Of a stretch of DNA of 35,656 bases, positions 1 through 9,727 are shown piece by piece (position 1 is the stretch's first letter; every line of letters starts with the position of its first letter). Made by a program: the position numbers and the translations under genes. Source of the stretch: Pseudomonadota bacterium (lineage in GTDB: Bacteria > Pseudomonadota > Gammaproteobacteria > JAKAQQ01); contig DAHVLZ010000045.1 of NCBI GenBank assembly GCA_027320085.1, positions 1 through 35,656 of the forward strand, given 5' to 3'. The notes under the pieces were generated by a model, which was not told the origin of the DNA, searched no databases, and was given only the letters and a program-made list of their open reading frames with translations.

Positions 1-1692
1 GACTATGCACTTGATCTCAAAAACTTTCATGAACCGAGCCACACCATCCCGATCGTTCCAATCCTAGTCGCCACACACAGCGATACTCTCCCCGAAAGAA
101 TCAAAGTGCCGAAGCAGGAGGACCTCCTGGCGAATCCACTCCTGTGCGGTGCCCTGGGTTTACGAGAAGCGCTCCTGCAGGCTCTCCAATTTTTTACCGG
201 GACCCCGATTGACCATCTGGCATGGGAGCAGGGTCGTTACCACCCGACCCCCACGATCGTCGAGGCGGCTTGCGCACTCTATGCCGGGCATGATGTCGAA
301 GAGATATCACGAAACGATGCTGGTGCCACCAACCTAGCTGTCACCGCGCATCGACTGTGTGAAATCATCGAACTGACCCGACAGAATGGAGGCAAGGCAA
401 TCTGTTTCGTGACCGGAGTGCCGGGCGCCGGCAAAACTCTGGTTGGGCTGGACATCGCGAGCCGGAATAATCGCATTACCGACGAGCTTTACAGTATTTT
501 TCTTTCTGGCAATGGACCCTTGGTCAGCGTCCTGCATGAAGCTTTGGCGCGTGACCGGTGTGAACGAGCGCATAGGCAAAACGAGACTTTGCGTCTCGGG
601 GAAGCACGCAGTGCCGTCAAACAGTTCATCCAAAATGTCCACCATTTCAGGGACGATTGCCTATCTCATCTTTCACCACCAATCGAGCACGTGGCCCTGT
701 TTGATGAGGCTCAGCGTGCATGGGACTTGGCCCAAACCGCCCGGTTCATGCAACAGAAGAAACACCGGCCCGGATTCAGCCAGTCGGAACCGGAATACCT
801 CATCTCCTGCCTGGACCGCCATCAGGACTGGGCTGTGATCGTCTGCCTGGTCGGCAGCGGACAGGAAATCAACACCGGAGAAGGGGGAATCCAGGAGTGG
901 CTGGATGCAATCCACACAGCCTTCCCGCATTGGTCCGTCCATCTTTCGCCCCGGCTGCAGGAAACCGAGTATCACGTCGTCCAAGGCGTAGCTGCTCTGG
1001 GGACCCGACCTCAGGTCGACTGGGACGAGCGCCTCCATCTTTCAGCTTCCGTTCGATCCTTTCGGTCAGAACGCGTATCAGGCTTTGTCAACAAGCTGCT
1101 GGCACTGGAGACGGAGCAAGCCCAGATGACGCTTTCCCAGGTGTTACCCCGTTTCCCGATTTACGTCACACGGCATATCAACCTTGCCAAGCGCTGGCTC
1201 CGGCAACAGGCTCGTGGGACGGAACGTTATGGCCTGATGGTATCTTCCCAGGCACAGCGTCTCAAGCCGTATGCCATCGATGTCCGGGTCAAGGTGGACC
1301 CGGTCCGCTGGTTTCTTGAAAGCCGGGAAGATGTTCGATCGTCTTACTACTTGGAGGATGCCGCTACAGAATTCCAGGTCCAAGGCCTCGAGCTTGACTG
1401 GACCTGCGTGGTCTGGGACGGTGACCTCCGGACGGACGGCACCGACTGGCAGTATTTCAGCTTCAAAGGCAAACGATGGGAACGGATCCGCAAGACTGAG
1501 CGACAACGCTACCTCCTTAATGCCTACCGTGTTCTTTTGACCCGGGCTCGGCAAGGCATGGTGATCGTGGTTCCTCAAGGGGATCCGCGCGACCCCACCC
1601 GGGATCCCGAGTTTTATGATCCGTCTTACGCGCTTTTGACCCGGGTCGGAATTCCGGAACTGGGAGCCGAATCCTGGTCGGCAACCGGTTAG
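1..1692 (+). CDS. DUF2075 / Schlafen group 3-like P-loop helicase-domain protein, 5'-truncated by the window edge
   Basis: Frame 1 is open from base 1 (DYALDLKNFHEPSH..IVPILVAT), so the real start lies upstream of the window. Walker A GVPGAGKT, LSGNGPLV, Walker B DEAQRAW, GSGQEINTGE, ATEFQVQGLELDW and NAYRVLLTRARQG are all typical of the family. Confidence 0.85.
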   Translation, partial: DYALDLKNFHEPSHTIPIVPILVATHSDTLPERIKVPKQEDLLANPLLCGALGLREALLQALQFFTGTPIDHLAWEQGRYHPTPTIVEAACALYAGHDVEEISRNDAGATNLAVTAHRLCEIIELTRQNGGKAICFVTGVPGAGKTLVGLDIASRNNRITDELYSIFLSGNGPLVSVLHEALARDRCERAHRQNETLRLGEARSAVKQFIQNVHHFRDDCLSHLSPPIEHVALFDEAQRAWDLAQTARFMQQKKHRPGFSQSEPEYLISCLDRHQDWAVIVCLVGSGQEINTGEGGIQEWLDAIHTAFPHWSVHLSPRLQETEYHVVQGVAALGTRPQVDWDERLHLSASVRSFRSERVSGFVNKLLALETEQAQMTLSQVLPRFPIYVTRHINLAKRWLRQQARGTERYGLMVSSQAQRLKPYAIDVRVKVDPVRWFLESREDVRSSYYLEDAATEFQVQGLELDWTCVVWDGDLRTDGTDWQYFSFKGKRWERIRKTERQRYLLNAYRVLLTRARQGMVIVVPQGDPRDPTRDPEFYDPSYALLTRVGIPELGAESWSATG

Positions 1693-1751
1693 GAGAGACC
1701 TGGGCAAGATCAGCCCCGGCTACGGGTACCAGAGCCGGGCCCAGCACCTCT

Positions 1752-1808
1752 CCGTTTGCGGTCAACGGGTCGATCCGGCTCACCCCTGGGACCGTTTGCG
1801 GTGTACGG
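1752..1808. repeat. Imperfect 17-bp direct repeat CCGTTTGCGGT(CA/GT)ACGG, 40-bp period
   Basis: Copies at 1752-1768 and 1792-1808 match at 15/17. Each copy is self-complementary at its ends (CCGT...ACGG). Confidence 0.7.
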
Positions 1809-2009
1809 AGCTCTGACCGGAAGCTCCCCCATCGCGGGCCATCCGCTCTCGTTTCCTGAGTTGCATTCAGTAGGGGGCGAGAGTATGTTACCGAAAGTTA
1901 CTCCATCAAGGTCTGCGTGGGCGAACCTCCACGTTGCCGATTCCATCCGGAGTCGGAGGGTGGGCGTTTTCGTGGTTCGGCACCGGCGGATTTTTCAGAG
2001 GTGTCTCAC

Positions 2010-5000
2010 ATGAAGCGATTTTCGTGGGTGGTGTATTGGGGCCTGACCCTCTTCGGTTGCCTGGCGTGCGCCATGGTCGCAACCGCCCAGGTCAACCCGG
2101 ACCTCTATGCCGGTCTCCGGTGGCGCAATGTCGGACCGTTTCATGGCGGACGTGTCGCCTCGGTCACGGGTGTCATCGGCCAGCCCAACGTCTACTACGC
2201 CGCCACACCTGAGGGGGGGCTCTGGAAAACCACGAGTGCCGGTGTCACCTGGTTCCCCATCTTCGGGCACATAAAAAAAGTGGACAGCATCGGCGCCGTT
2301 CAGGTTGCGCCCTCGGATCCCAATATCGTTTATGCCGGAACCGGGGATCCCACCATCATCAACGCCCGGCTCGGCAGCCTCGGCGACGGCGTATGGAAAT
2401 CCACCAATGCCGGCAAGACCTGGCATCACGTGGGGCTCAAGAGCACCGTGATGATCGACAGCATCCTGGTCGATCCCAAAAATCCCAACGTGGTCATCGT
2501 CTCGGCCCTCGGCAATACCACCCATCATGGGGGGGGCATCTGGCGCAGTACCAATGGCGGTGGAACCTGGACCCGGGTCCTCGACCCGGCCGGCTATAAA
2601 GGCACCCGTGAAGTCGTGGCCGATGCCGGTGATTTCCAGATTATGCTGGCCACGACCCAGGGGACGGGTGGCCCATTTTTCAAGTTCATGCATGGTCCCA
2701 AGGCCAAGCCCAAACCACCGCTTTTGTTCAAGTCGACAAATGGCGGGCTGACCTGGATGCCGGTCAAGATCCCTCCCTTCCCGGGTCGTATTAGCGTGGC
2801 AGTCGCTCTGCAGGGCCGGCGGATTTACATGGTTGGCAACACCATCGAGCATGGGTCCGGGCTTTTCCGCTCCGACAATGGGGGAGCGACCTGGCAACAC
2901 ATGGCCGGCAAGGACAAACGCATCAGTAATGGCCAGGGGTCCTATAGCTGCGGGGTCTTCGTGGATCCTCAAAACCCGAACATTCTCTATACGGTGAGCA
3001 CCGCCCTGTATCGCTCCACCGATGGGGGCGTCATCTTTCACGCCTTCAAAGGCGCGCCCGGTGGCGAGGATTACCACGACCTGTGGATTGACCCGCACGA
3101 TGGACGACGCATGGTGGTCGGCTCAGATCAGGGTGCCAGCGTCACCCTCAATAACGGCAAGACCTGGAGCCTCTGGTATACCGAGACCTTCTCACAGATC
3201 TACCATGTGGCCACCACCCACCAATATCACTTCTGGATCCTCGGCGCACAGCAGGATACCGGCGCCGTCATGATCCGCAACCAGAGCAACTGGGGGCAGG
3301 TGGACTTCACCAATTGGAAACCCCTTCCCTCCTCTGAATTCGGTTACATCACGCCCGACCCTCTGCACCCGAACATCCTCTACGGCGTGGGCTACGGCCC
3401 GGGCGGCGGGGGCAGCGGCCTGATCAAGATCAACATGGTCACCGGGCAGTGGGAGAACATCGCACCCAACTTCGGGGTTAAAACCAAAAACTACTGGGGC
3501 AATCGCAGTCAGCCGAAAAAGTTTGACACTGTCTTTGATCCCCGGGCTTTCTACATCGCCTACCAGTGCCTTTTGGTCTCGCACGACGGCGGCCATTCCT
3601 GGCGGTCTTTCAGTCCCAACCTCACCACGCTGAAGGGGAAACCCCCGGTGCCCTGCGGTCAGCCGCTTCCTCCTGCCAAGAAGGTGAAGGGGAAGAAGAA
3701 GCCACCCCACAACCCCTTCGCGCCGCCCGGTCCGGTCATCAATGATTTTTCCATCTCCAAAGTCCATCCCGGCGTCGTCTGGACCGTGAGCAGCAACAAC
3801 CAGATTTACAACACCCGGGATGGGGGCAAGCACTGGCACAACGTGAGCAACATCACCGGCCTGCCACCCCACACCCACCTGCATACCATCGAAGCCGGAG
3901 ATCAGGTGGGGACCGCCTACGTCACGGGCTACCGCACCGTGCGCCACCATCCCAAACCGGTCGGACCCGCCCATAAGATCGCCGGGATCCCGCTCATCTG
4001 GCGCACGACCAATGGTGGCCGGACCTGGGTCAGCATCGTTCGCGGCCTGCCCCGCAACCAACGCACCGGCAGCTGGGTCAACGTGCTACGGGCCGATCCC
4101 AAACAGCCCGGCCTGCTCTTTGTCGGCACCGAAACGACCGTCTACGTCAGCTTTGACAATGGCAATTACTGGCAGTCATTGCGCCAAAACCTGCCCAGCA
4201 CCTCCATCACGGACCTCGTCGTCCACACGGCCTACCACATGAACGACCTGGTCATCAGCACCTTCGGCCGCGGCTTCTGGGTATTGGATGACATCACGCC
4301 ACTCCGCCAGATTGCCGCCCATGCCCGGTCGATTGCCGCCGCCTCCGTCTATTTCTTCAAACCCGAGGAGGCCATTCGTTCCCGTAGCAACAGCAATTGG
4401 GATCAGCCCTTCTCCATCGAGGTCCCACACGCCGCAAACCCCCCCTACGGCGTAATCGTGGATTATTACCTCCACCACAAACCCAGGGGAGTGATCCGGC
4501 TCCAGGTCTTTGACGCCCGGGGACACCTGGTCCGCACCTACTCCAGCACGCAACCTCCCCCCATCAAGGGTCAGGCCTATCCCCGCTACTGGCTGGCCTC
4601 GCCCCAGTCGCGGGCCTTGAGCACCCAGGCGGGCATGAACCGCTTCAACTGGGACCTTCGCTATGCCCCGCCGCCGGCCCTTCATCACGACCTCGAAAAC
4701 CAGATGAACAACGTCGCCGGGACCACCACGCCGGGACCACATGGCCCACAGGTCATTCCGGGCGTGTATACGCTCAAGCTCACGGTGAACGGCAAGGTGT
4801 ATACGCGGCACGTGACCGTCATGAACGATCCCCGCGTCGGCCAGAGCGTGGACCTGATGACGGACCTGCGTGCCCAGAATCGGCTCACGATGCACGCCTA
4901 TCACGGCATGCAGCAGACCTACCAGGGCCACCAAGAAGTCCAAAACATGAAAGCCCAGTTGACCTCGCTCATGCACGAGCACCTGCCGGCTCAAGTCGCT

Positions 5001-5378
5001 TTGCAAGCCAAGAAACTCATGGCCCGTCTCACCCAGGTCGGCGGCAAGAAACCAAGCGGGGGCTTTCTGGCCCGCTTCAACCATCCGAAACCGAAACCCC
5101 ATGCGCTGCGCTCCTTCCTCGTCCTGAACAACCACTTCAACACCCTGGTCAGCATGATGCAGGTGGGACTCGACATGTCACCGACTGCAGCGCAGATTGC
5201 CACTCTCCAGAATGACTGTCACCAAGACGACCGCACGGTGGCTGCTTGGAGAGCCCTGGAGGCCACGCAGTTGAGAGCCTTCAACGCCCTCTTGGAGAAA
5301 AACCACCGGAAGGAGTTGACTCCGGTGCCCATCCGGCTCGCCCCACTGTCCTGTGGTCGAGTCTCACCCCGACCCTGA
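2010..5378 (+). CDS. Secreted VPS10/sortilin-like BNR (Asp-box) repeat beta-propeller protein (putative glycosyl hydrolase)
   Basis: GAGGTG RBS before ATG 2010 and a signal peptide (MKRFSWVVYWGLTLFGCLACAMVATA-Q). LRWRNVGPFHGGRV at the N-terminus, about 10 S/T-x-D/N-x-G-x-T/S-W boxes, GGEDYHDLWIDP, TFGRGFWVLDD, GMNRFNWDLRY, PGVYTLKLTVNG and a helical C-terminus. Confidence 0.85.
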   Translation: MKRFSWVVYWGLTLFGCLACAMVATAQVNPDLYAGLRWRNVGPFHGGRVASVTGVIGQPNVYYAATPEGGLWKTTSAGVTWFPIFGHIKKVDSIGAVQVAPSDPNIVYAGTGDPTIINARLGSLGDGVWKSTNAGKTWHHVGLKSTVMIDSILVDPKNPNVVIVSALGNTTHHGGGIWRSTNGGGTWTRVLDPAGYKGTREVVADAGDFQIMLATTQGTGGPFFKFMHGPKAKPKPPLLFKSTNGGLTWMPVKIPPFPGRISVAVALQGRRIYMVGNTIEHGSGLFRSDNGGATWQHMAGKDKRISNGQGSYSCGVFVDPQNPNILYTVSTALYRSTDGGVIFHAFKGAPGGEDYHDLWIDPHDGRRMVVGSDQGASVTLNNGKTWSLWYTETFSQIYHVATTHQYHFWILGAQQDTGAVMIRNQSNWGQVDFTNWKPLPSSEFGYITPDPLHPNILYGVGYGPGGGGSGLIKINMVTGQWENIAPNFGVKTKNYWGNRSQPKKFDTVFDPRAFYIAYQCLLVSHDGGHSWRSFSPNLTTLKGKPPVPCGQPLPPAKKVKGKKKPPHNPFAPPGPVINDFSISKVHPGVVWTVSSNNQIYNTRDGGKHWHNVSNITGLPPHTHLHTIEAGDQVGTAYVTGYRTVRHHPKPVGPAHKIAGIPLIWRTTNGGRTWVSIVRGLPRNQRTGSWVNVLRADPKQPGLLFVGTETTVYVSFDNGNYWQSLRQNLPSTSITDLVVHTAYHMNDLVISTFGRGFWVLDDITPLRQIAAHARSIAAASVYFFKPEEAIRSRSNSNWDQPFSIEVPHAANPPYGVIVDYYLHHKPRGVIRLQVFDARGHLVRTYSSTQPPPIKGQAYPRYWLASPQSRALSTQAGMNRFNWDLRYAPPPALHHDLENQMNNVAGTTTPGPHGPQVIPGVYTLKLTVNGKVYTRHVTVMNDPRVGQSVDLMTDLRAQNRLTMHAYHGMQQTYQGHQEVQNMKAQLTSLMHEHLPAQVALQAKKLMARLTQVGGKKPSGGFLARFNHPKPKPHALRSFLVLNNHFNTLVSMMQVGLDMSPTAAQIATLQNDCHQDDRTVAAWRALEATQLRAFNALLEKNHRKELTPVPIRLAPLSCGRVSPRP

Positions 5379-5400
5379 GTTCGGGGGGGTTCATCAACGC

Positions 5401-5469
5401 GGCGGGGGCTGAGGCTGCCCCCGCCCCGGGTTCGACCGAGGTTTTGTGGCGTGGGGTGGAATCACGCCA
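5401..5469. terminator. GC-rich hairpins between convergent genes (probable termination region)
   Basis: GGCGGGGGC-7nt-GCCCCCGCC at 5401-5425 and TGGCGTG-9nt-CACGCCA at 5447-5469. The U-tracts are weak. Confidence 0.4.
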
Positions 5470-5532
5470 GTGGGACCGTGACGCGGCCTCCATCTGCGAC
5501 CGTTCGCCATGAGGACACGGGGCCCGCATGCA

Positions 5533-6045
5533 TCACTTGCGACCCGTCCGCACGACTGAGAGCACCGCGCGAAGAATCGCCTCTGGCGGAGGGGGGCAGC
5601 CGCTGACCACCCGGTCCACGGGAAGCACGCTGGCCACCGACCCACAGCTCGCGTAACCCACCCCGAAGACCCCCCCCGTACAGGCGCAGTTCCCAACCGC
5701 AACCACCCATTTCGGGTCGGGCATCGCGTCATACACCAGCTTCAGGGCAGTCTCCATATGCCGTGAAACCGGGCCCGTCACCAGCAGCACATCGGCATGA
5801 CGCGGACTGGCCACGAACCGGATCCCGGACCCTTCGAGGTTGTAGTAGGGATTGTTGACCGCATGAATCTCGAGCTCGCAGCCGTTGCAGGACCCCGCAT
5901 CGACATGGCGGATCGCCAGTGCACGGCCAAAGCGCCGATGCAACCGGGCCTGGAGCTTCGATGTGCCTCCGGGATCCTCGCCACCCGAAGCGGGGGATTC
6001 GGAAATCAGTCCGGTCCGAATGATCTGTTTCAGGGTACGGAGCAT
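5533..6045 (-). CDS. NuoB/HycG/HyfI-like Fe-S small subunit (EhrS-type)
   Basis: RHVDAGSCNGCELEI, ASPRHADVLLVTGPV, AVGNCACTGG and VSGCPPPP. The four [4Fe-4S] cysteines are intact. Confidence 0.9.
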   Translation of the reverse strand: MLRTLKQIIRTGLISESPASGGEDPGGTSKLQARLHRRFGRALAIRHVDAGSCNGCELEIHAVNNPYYNLEGSGIRFVASPRHADVLLVTGPVSRHMETALKLVYDAMPDPKWVVAVGNCACTGGVFGVGYASCGSVASVLPVDRVVSGCPPPPEAILRAVLSVVRTGRK

Positions 6046-6058
6046 GACGGGTGGGCCT

Positions 6059-7612
6059 CTAGAGATCCTGCCCGCTGTAGGACAGGTTGAACGACTTGTT
6101 GATCAGCGGGAAATCGGGCACGATGTTGCCGATCATTGCGTGTTCGATCACCGGCCAGTTCTGCCAGGAAGGGTCGTGGGGGTGACAGCGATGGATGGTG
6201 CCGCCCGCGGTTTCAAGGGACACGAGGACCGGGCCCCGCCAACCTTCGACCAGTCCGAGCCCGAATCCATCCGGTACCTTGTCCGGCAGCGGTCCGCGAT
6301 GCGGTGTCGAGGGAAGCCGTTCAAGCAGGATGCGACTCAGCCTGAGTGACTCAAACAGTTCCTGGAACCGTACGGAGACGCGGGCTCGGACGTCACCTTC
6401 GAGACTGCCGGCCGGATGCACGTCAAGCGTGTCATAGGGTGCATAGCCGGGATCTCGCCGCGCATCCCTCCCCTGCCCGCTGGCCCGGCCCGCGAGCCCC
6501 ACCAGTCCCAGCTGGCGAGCGAGCCGGGGATTGACACAGCCCGTCCCCGAGAACCGGTCCTGAAGACCCGCGTGATCATCATAAATCTCCGACAGGAGGC
6601 TCAGTTCGGATTCCAGTCCGGGAATCATGGCAAGCAGCATCCACCGCCGCGATTCATCGAGATCGGTGGCAACGCCTCCGGGGATCACGGCATCCATGAG
6701 GTAGCGGGCACCGAAGGCCGATTGATTGGCCCGGATCAGATTTTCCTTGAGGCGTGAAAATTGTGCCAGCGCAATTCCGAATCCGGCATCCTGACCAAGC
6801 GCCCCGAGATCTCCAAGGTGATTGGCAATCCGCTCCCGTTCGAGATAGAGCGCGCGCAACCACAGGGCGCGTAGAGGCGGGCTGATCCCGCAGATCATTT
6901 CAAGTGCCATGCAGTAGGCCCAGGAGAATGCTACCGCCGAATCCCCGGATACCCGGGCCGCGAGCCTCTCGGCACCGAATGCCGGCAGCATGGCAAATCT
7001 TTTCTCGATACCCTTGTGGGTATAGCCGAGCCGCTCCTCGAGACGAAGAACTTTTTCACCCACGACGGAAAAACGGAAGTGACCGGGCTCGATCGTACCC
7101 GCATGGACCGGGCCCACGGCGAGTTCGTGTACGCCATCCCCCGTGACCCGCACGAAGGGATACGATTCGTCGGCAGGGGGTCCACCGAAGGGTCCGAGAT
7201 CAAAGTCGTGGCGAAGGGGAAAACGATCCTCAGACCAGGCCTGATGACGGATCCATGGCCGTTGATCCGAAGCTTCTGCACGGACTCCGAGGAGGTCGTA
7301 AGCGGCGCGCTCCATGCGTCCGGCCGCAGGAAAGAGGCCGGCAATCGATGGGTAACTGGGTGATTCAGCAGGGAGGGCCAGCTCGACTATCACCAGCCCC
7401 ACGTCATCCTGCAGGGCAATCCGGAGCAGGAATCCCCCGCCCGTCATTCGTTGGTCGGAAGCCCAAAGCGCCTGCAGGACCCCCCCCTGGGCGTCGACTG
7501 CGCCGCAGAGCACCTGCAGACGTTCGGGGGGCACACGGACGAGACGAACCGGAATGGCACCCGTCTGCATCTCGACGACCTCACCGTGCGTTGTGTAGTC
7601 CATGACGCTCAT
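6059..7612 (-). CDS. HycE/HyfG-like (NuoC+NuoD fusion) large subunit lacking NiFe ligands (EhrL-type)
   Basis: ATG 7612 overlaps the hyfF stop (ATGA). NuoC-like ERAAYDLLG..FPLRHDF, then VGPVHAGTIEPGHFRF, LGYTHKGIEK, ERERIANHLGDLG and VEGWRG. The L1 site reads RVSGDS instead of RxCGxC, and the C-terminus is SFNLSYSGQDL instead of DPCxxC. Confidence 0.9.
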   Translation of the reverse strand: MSVMDYTTHGEVVEMQTGAIPVRLVRVPPERLQVLCGAVDAQGGVLQALWASDQRMTGGGFLLRIALQDDVGLVIVELALPAESPSYPSIAGLFPAAGRMERAAYDLLGVRAEASDQRPWIRHQAWSEDRFPLRHDFDLGPFGGPPADESYPFVRVTGDGVHELAVGPVHAGTIEPGHFRFSVVGEKVLRLEERLGYTHKGIEKRFAMLPAFGAERLAARVSGDSAVAFSWAYCMALEMICGISPPLRALWLRALYLERERIANHLGDLGALGQDAGFGIALAQFSRLKENLIRANQSAFGARYLMDAVIPGGVATDLDESRRWMLLAMIPGLESELSLLSEIYDDHAGLQDRFSGTGCVNPRLARQLGLVGLAGRASGQGRDARRDPGYAPYDTLDVHPAGSLEGDVRARVSVRFQELFESLRLSRILLERLPSTPHRGPLPDKVPDGFGLGLVEGWRGPVLVSLETAGGTIHRCHPHDPSWQNWPVIEHAMIGNIVPDFPLINKSFNLSYSGQDL

Positions 7613-9060
7613 CCGATAAGCCTCGCCGCCGCGCGGTACCACTCGGCAAGATCGTGGGGAATATAGATCCCGAGCAGGAGGACCAGGGCAAGTTGCGCGA
7701 ACACCAGCAGCAGCGCCGGTGTAGAGGACAGCGGTTTCAGGTTGGTCTCACCAAACACCATATCCTGAACACGCGAAAAAATCGCGCCGAACGCGACCGC
7801 GAGCGTAATCAGCAAAATCGGCGTTGCCCAGGGATCTGCCCTCATCGCAGTGAGAAGAATCAGGAATTCACTGGTAAAGACGCCAAACGGCGGCATTCCG
7901 ATGATGGCCAGCGTGCCGATCATGAGAGCCCATCCCACCGTGGGGCTCGCAGTCGCCAGGCCGCGGATCCGGTCGATGGCTTGAGTACCAGCCTGCTGGG
8001 CGGCATGACCCACCGTGAAAAAAAGAGAGGACTTGGTGAGCGAGTGAACGGTCATCTGGAGCAGTGCGGCGAAGTTCGCGATGGGCCCCCCCATGCCAAA
8101 GGCAAACGTGGCGATCCCCATGTGTTCAATCGATGAATAGGCAAACAACCGCTTGATGTCCTTCTGTCGCCAGAGCAGAAATGCCGCCACGGTGACGGAA
8201 ACGAGCCCAAAGCCCATCATCAGCCCGGGAGCCAGATCAGCATACGCGGACCCATCGACCAGAACCTTGCAGCGAACCACCGCGTAGAGGGCAACATTAA
8301 GGAGCAGACCGGACAAAACAGCCGAGACCGGCGCCGGGCCTTCAGCGTGCGCATCCGGCAGCCAGTTGTGAAGGGGAACAAGACCTGCCTTGGTGCCGTA
8401 GCCGACCAGGAGGAACACAAACGCGATCGAAAGCACGGTCGGCTCCAGCCGTCCTTTGACCTGGTTTAGATGCGTCCAGAGCAGAGCGCTGACGCCCACG
8501 TTCCCAAGGATTTTCTCCGCGGCAAAGTAGAGCAGGATGGTCCCAAACAGCGCCTGGGCAATGCCGACACCACACAGGATAAAGTATTTCCATGCCGCCT
8601 CGATACTCGCCGGAGTCCTGTAAAGCGACACCAACAATACGGTTGTCAGTGTGGCCCCCTCCATCGAGACCCACAGGACGCCCATGTTGTTGGTTGTCAG
8701 TGCGAGCAGCATGGTAAACATGAATAACTGGAACATGCCGTAGTAAAGCCGGAGTTGTCTCTGACTGAGACGTCCATGGTCTTGCTCGACCCGCAGGTAA
8801 GGGCGCGAAAAAAGTGACGTCGTGAGCCCGATCAAGGAAGTCAGGACCACCAAAAACATGTTCAACGGGTCCACGAAGAACTCCTGTCCGGCCGTGATCC
8901 AAGATCCATTGATGATCACGTGCACCGTCAGCCAGACGCCACCCACGAATGTGCCCAAGCTGATCAGGATATTCGCACCCGCCGCCCATGGACGGGTTCC
9001 GGCCAGTGCCAATAACAGGCTGCCGAACAGCGGAAATCCGAGAAGGAGAAGAAGGGCCAT
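7609..9060 (-). CDS. hyfF: Hydrogenase-4 subunit F-like antiporter-type membrane subunit
   Basis: Multi-TM protein with WVSMEGATL, EAAWKYFILCGVGIA, GYGTKAGLVPLHNWLPDAHAEGPAPVSA and KRLFAYSSIEHMG. Confidence 0.88.
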   Translation of the reverse strand: MALLLLLGFPLFGSLLLALAGTRPWAAGANILISLGTFVGGVWLTVHVIINGSWITAGQEFFVDPLNMFLVVLTSLIGLTTSLFSRPYLRVEQDHGRLSQRQLRLYYGMFQLFMFTMLLALTTNNMGVLWVSMEGATLTTVLLVSLYRTPASIEAAWKYFILCGVGIAQALFGTILLYFAAEKILGNVGVSALLWTHLNQVKGRLEPTVLSIAFVFLLVGYGTKAGLVPLHNWLPDAHAEGPAPVSAVLSGLLLNVALYAVVRCKVLVDGSAYADLAPGLMMGFGLVSVTVAAFLLWRQKDIKRLFAYSSIEHMGIATFAFGMGGPIANFAALLQMTVHSLTKSSLFFTVGHAAQQAGTQAIDRIRGLATASPTVGWALMIGTLAIIGMPPFGVFTSEFLILLTAMRADPWATPILLITLAVAFGAIFSRVQDMVFGETNLKPLSSTPALLLVFAQLALVLLLGIYIPHDLAEWYRAAARLIG

Positions 9061-9061
9061 G

Positions 9062-9724
9062 TCAATCCTCTTTCAGCGATTCCAGATTGTGCAGATCGAG
9101 ACTGTCGAATTGTTCGCGAATATGAAAGAAAAAGACCCCGAAAATCGCCACCCCGACCAGCACATCCAGGGCCACCCCCAACTCCACGACCATCGGCATT
9201 CCATACGTTGCACTGGTCGCCGCGAATAAAAGTCCGTTCTCCATAGCCAAAAAACCGATGACCTGGGTCACCGCCTTCCGGCGCGTAATCATCATGAGGA
9301 ATGACAGCATCACGATTGCCAGCGCAATGCCGAGGGTGCTCCGTGTAACCGTATGTGCAAGAAGAGAAATGGGTTGAGCGAGACTAAAGGCAAAAATCAC
9401 AAGCAGCAGCCCGATCCCCATCGTCCGGGGCGCATTGAGCAGGGGCTCGGTTTCCCATTGCGCACCCAGACGACGGATCAGTCGATGGAGAACGAACGGC
9501 AGGAAAATCACCTTGAGCAGGAGCGTCAGTGCCGCCGAATAAAAAAGCATGTACTGGTGTGTCCCCCACGCAACGATGACCATGGACACGAACAACGTCG
9601 CCCCTTGCAGGGCGAAGAGATCCACGAGAGTCAGTACCCGCCTTTGCGAAAGCATGGAGAAAGACAGCAGCAACAGGATCGCTGCGCACAAATCGATCAA
9701 CTGCGCGAGAAAGGGAACCGCCAT
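9062..9724 (-). CDS. hyfE: Hydrogenase-4 component E-like membrane subunit
   Basis: About 7 TM helices, with QVIGFLAMENG and GMPMVVELGVALDV. It sits between hyfC and hyfF. Confidence 0.88.
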   Translation of the reverse strand: MAVPFLAQLIDLCAAILLLLSFSMLSQRRVLTLVDLFALQGATLFVSMVIVAWGTHQYMLFYSAALTLLLKVIFLPFVLHRLIRRLGAQWETEPLLNAPRTMGIGLLLVIFAFSLAQPISLLAHTVTRSTLGIALAIVMLSFLMMITRRKAVTQVIGFLAMENGLLFAATSATYGMPMVVELGVALDVLVGVAIFGVFFFHIREQFDSLDLHNLESLKED

Positions 9725-9727
9725 GCG

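Noticed and set aside
1752-1808. Mini CRISPR array
   Set aside because: Only two 17-bp imperfect copies with a 23-bp gap, and no cas genes.
2529-2536. G8 homopolymer (also G8 at 19962-19969 and C9 at 13050-13058) as phase-variation tracts
   Set aside because: The reading frames are intact, the runs are short for a GC-rich genome, and a single sequence gives no evidence of length variation.
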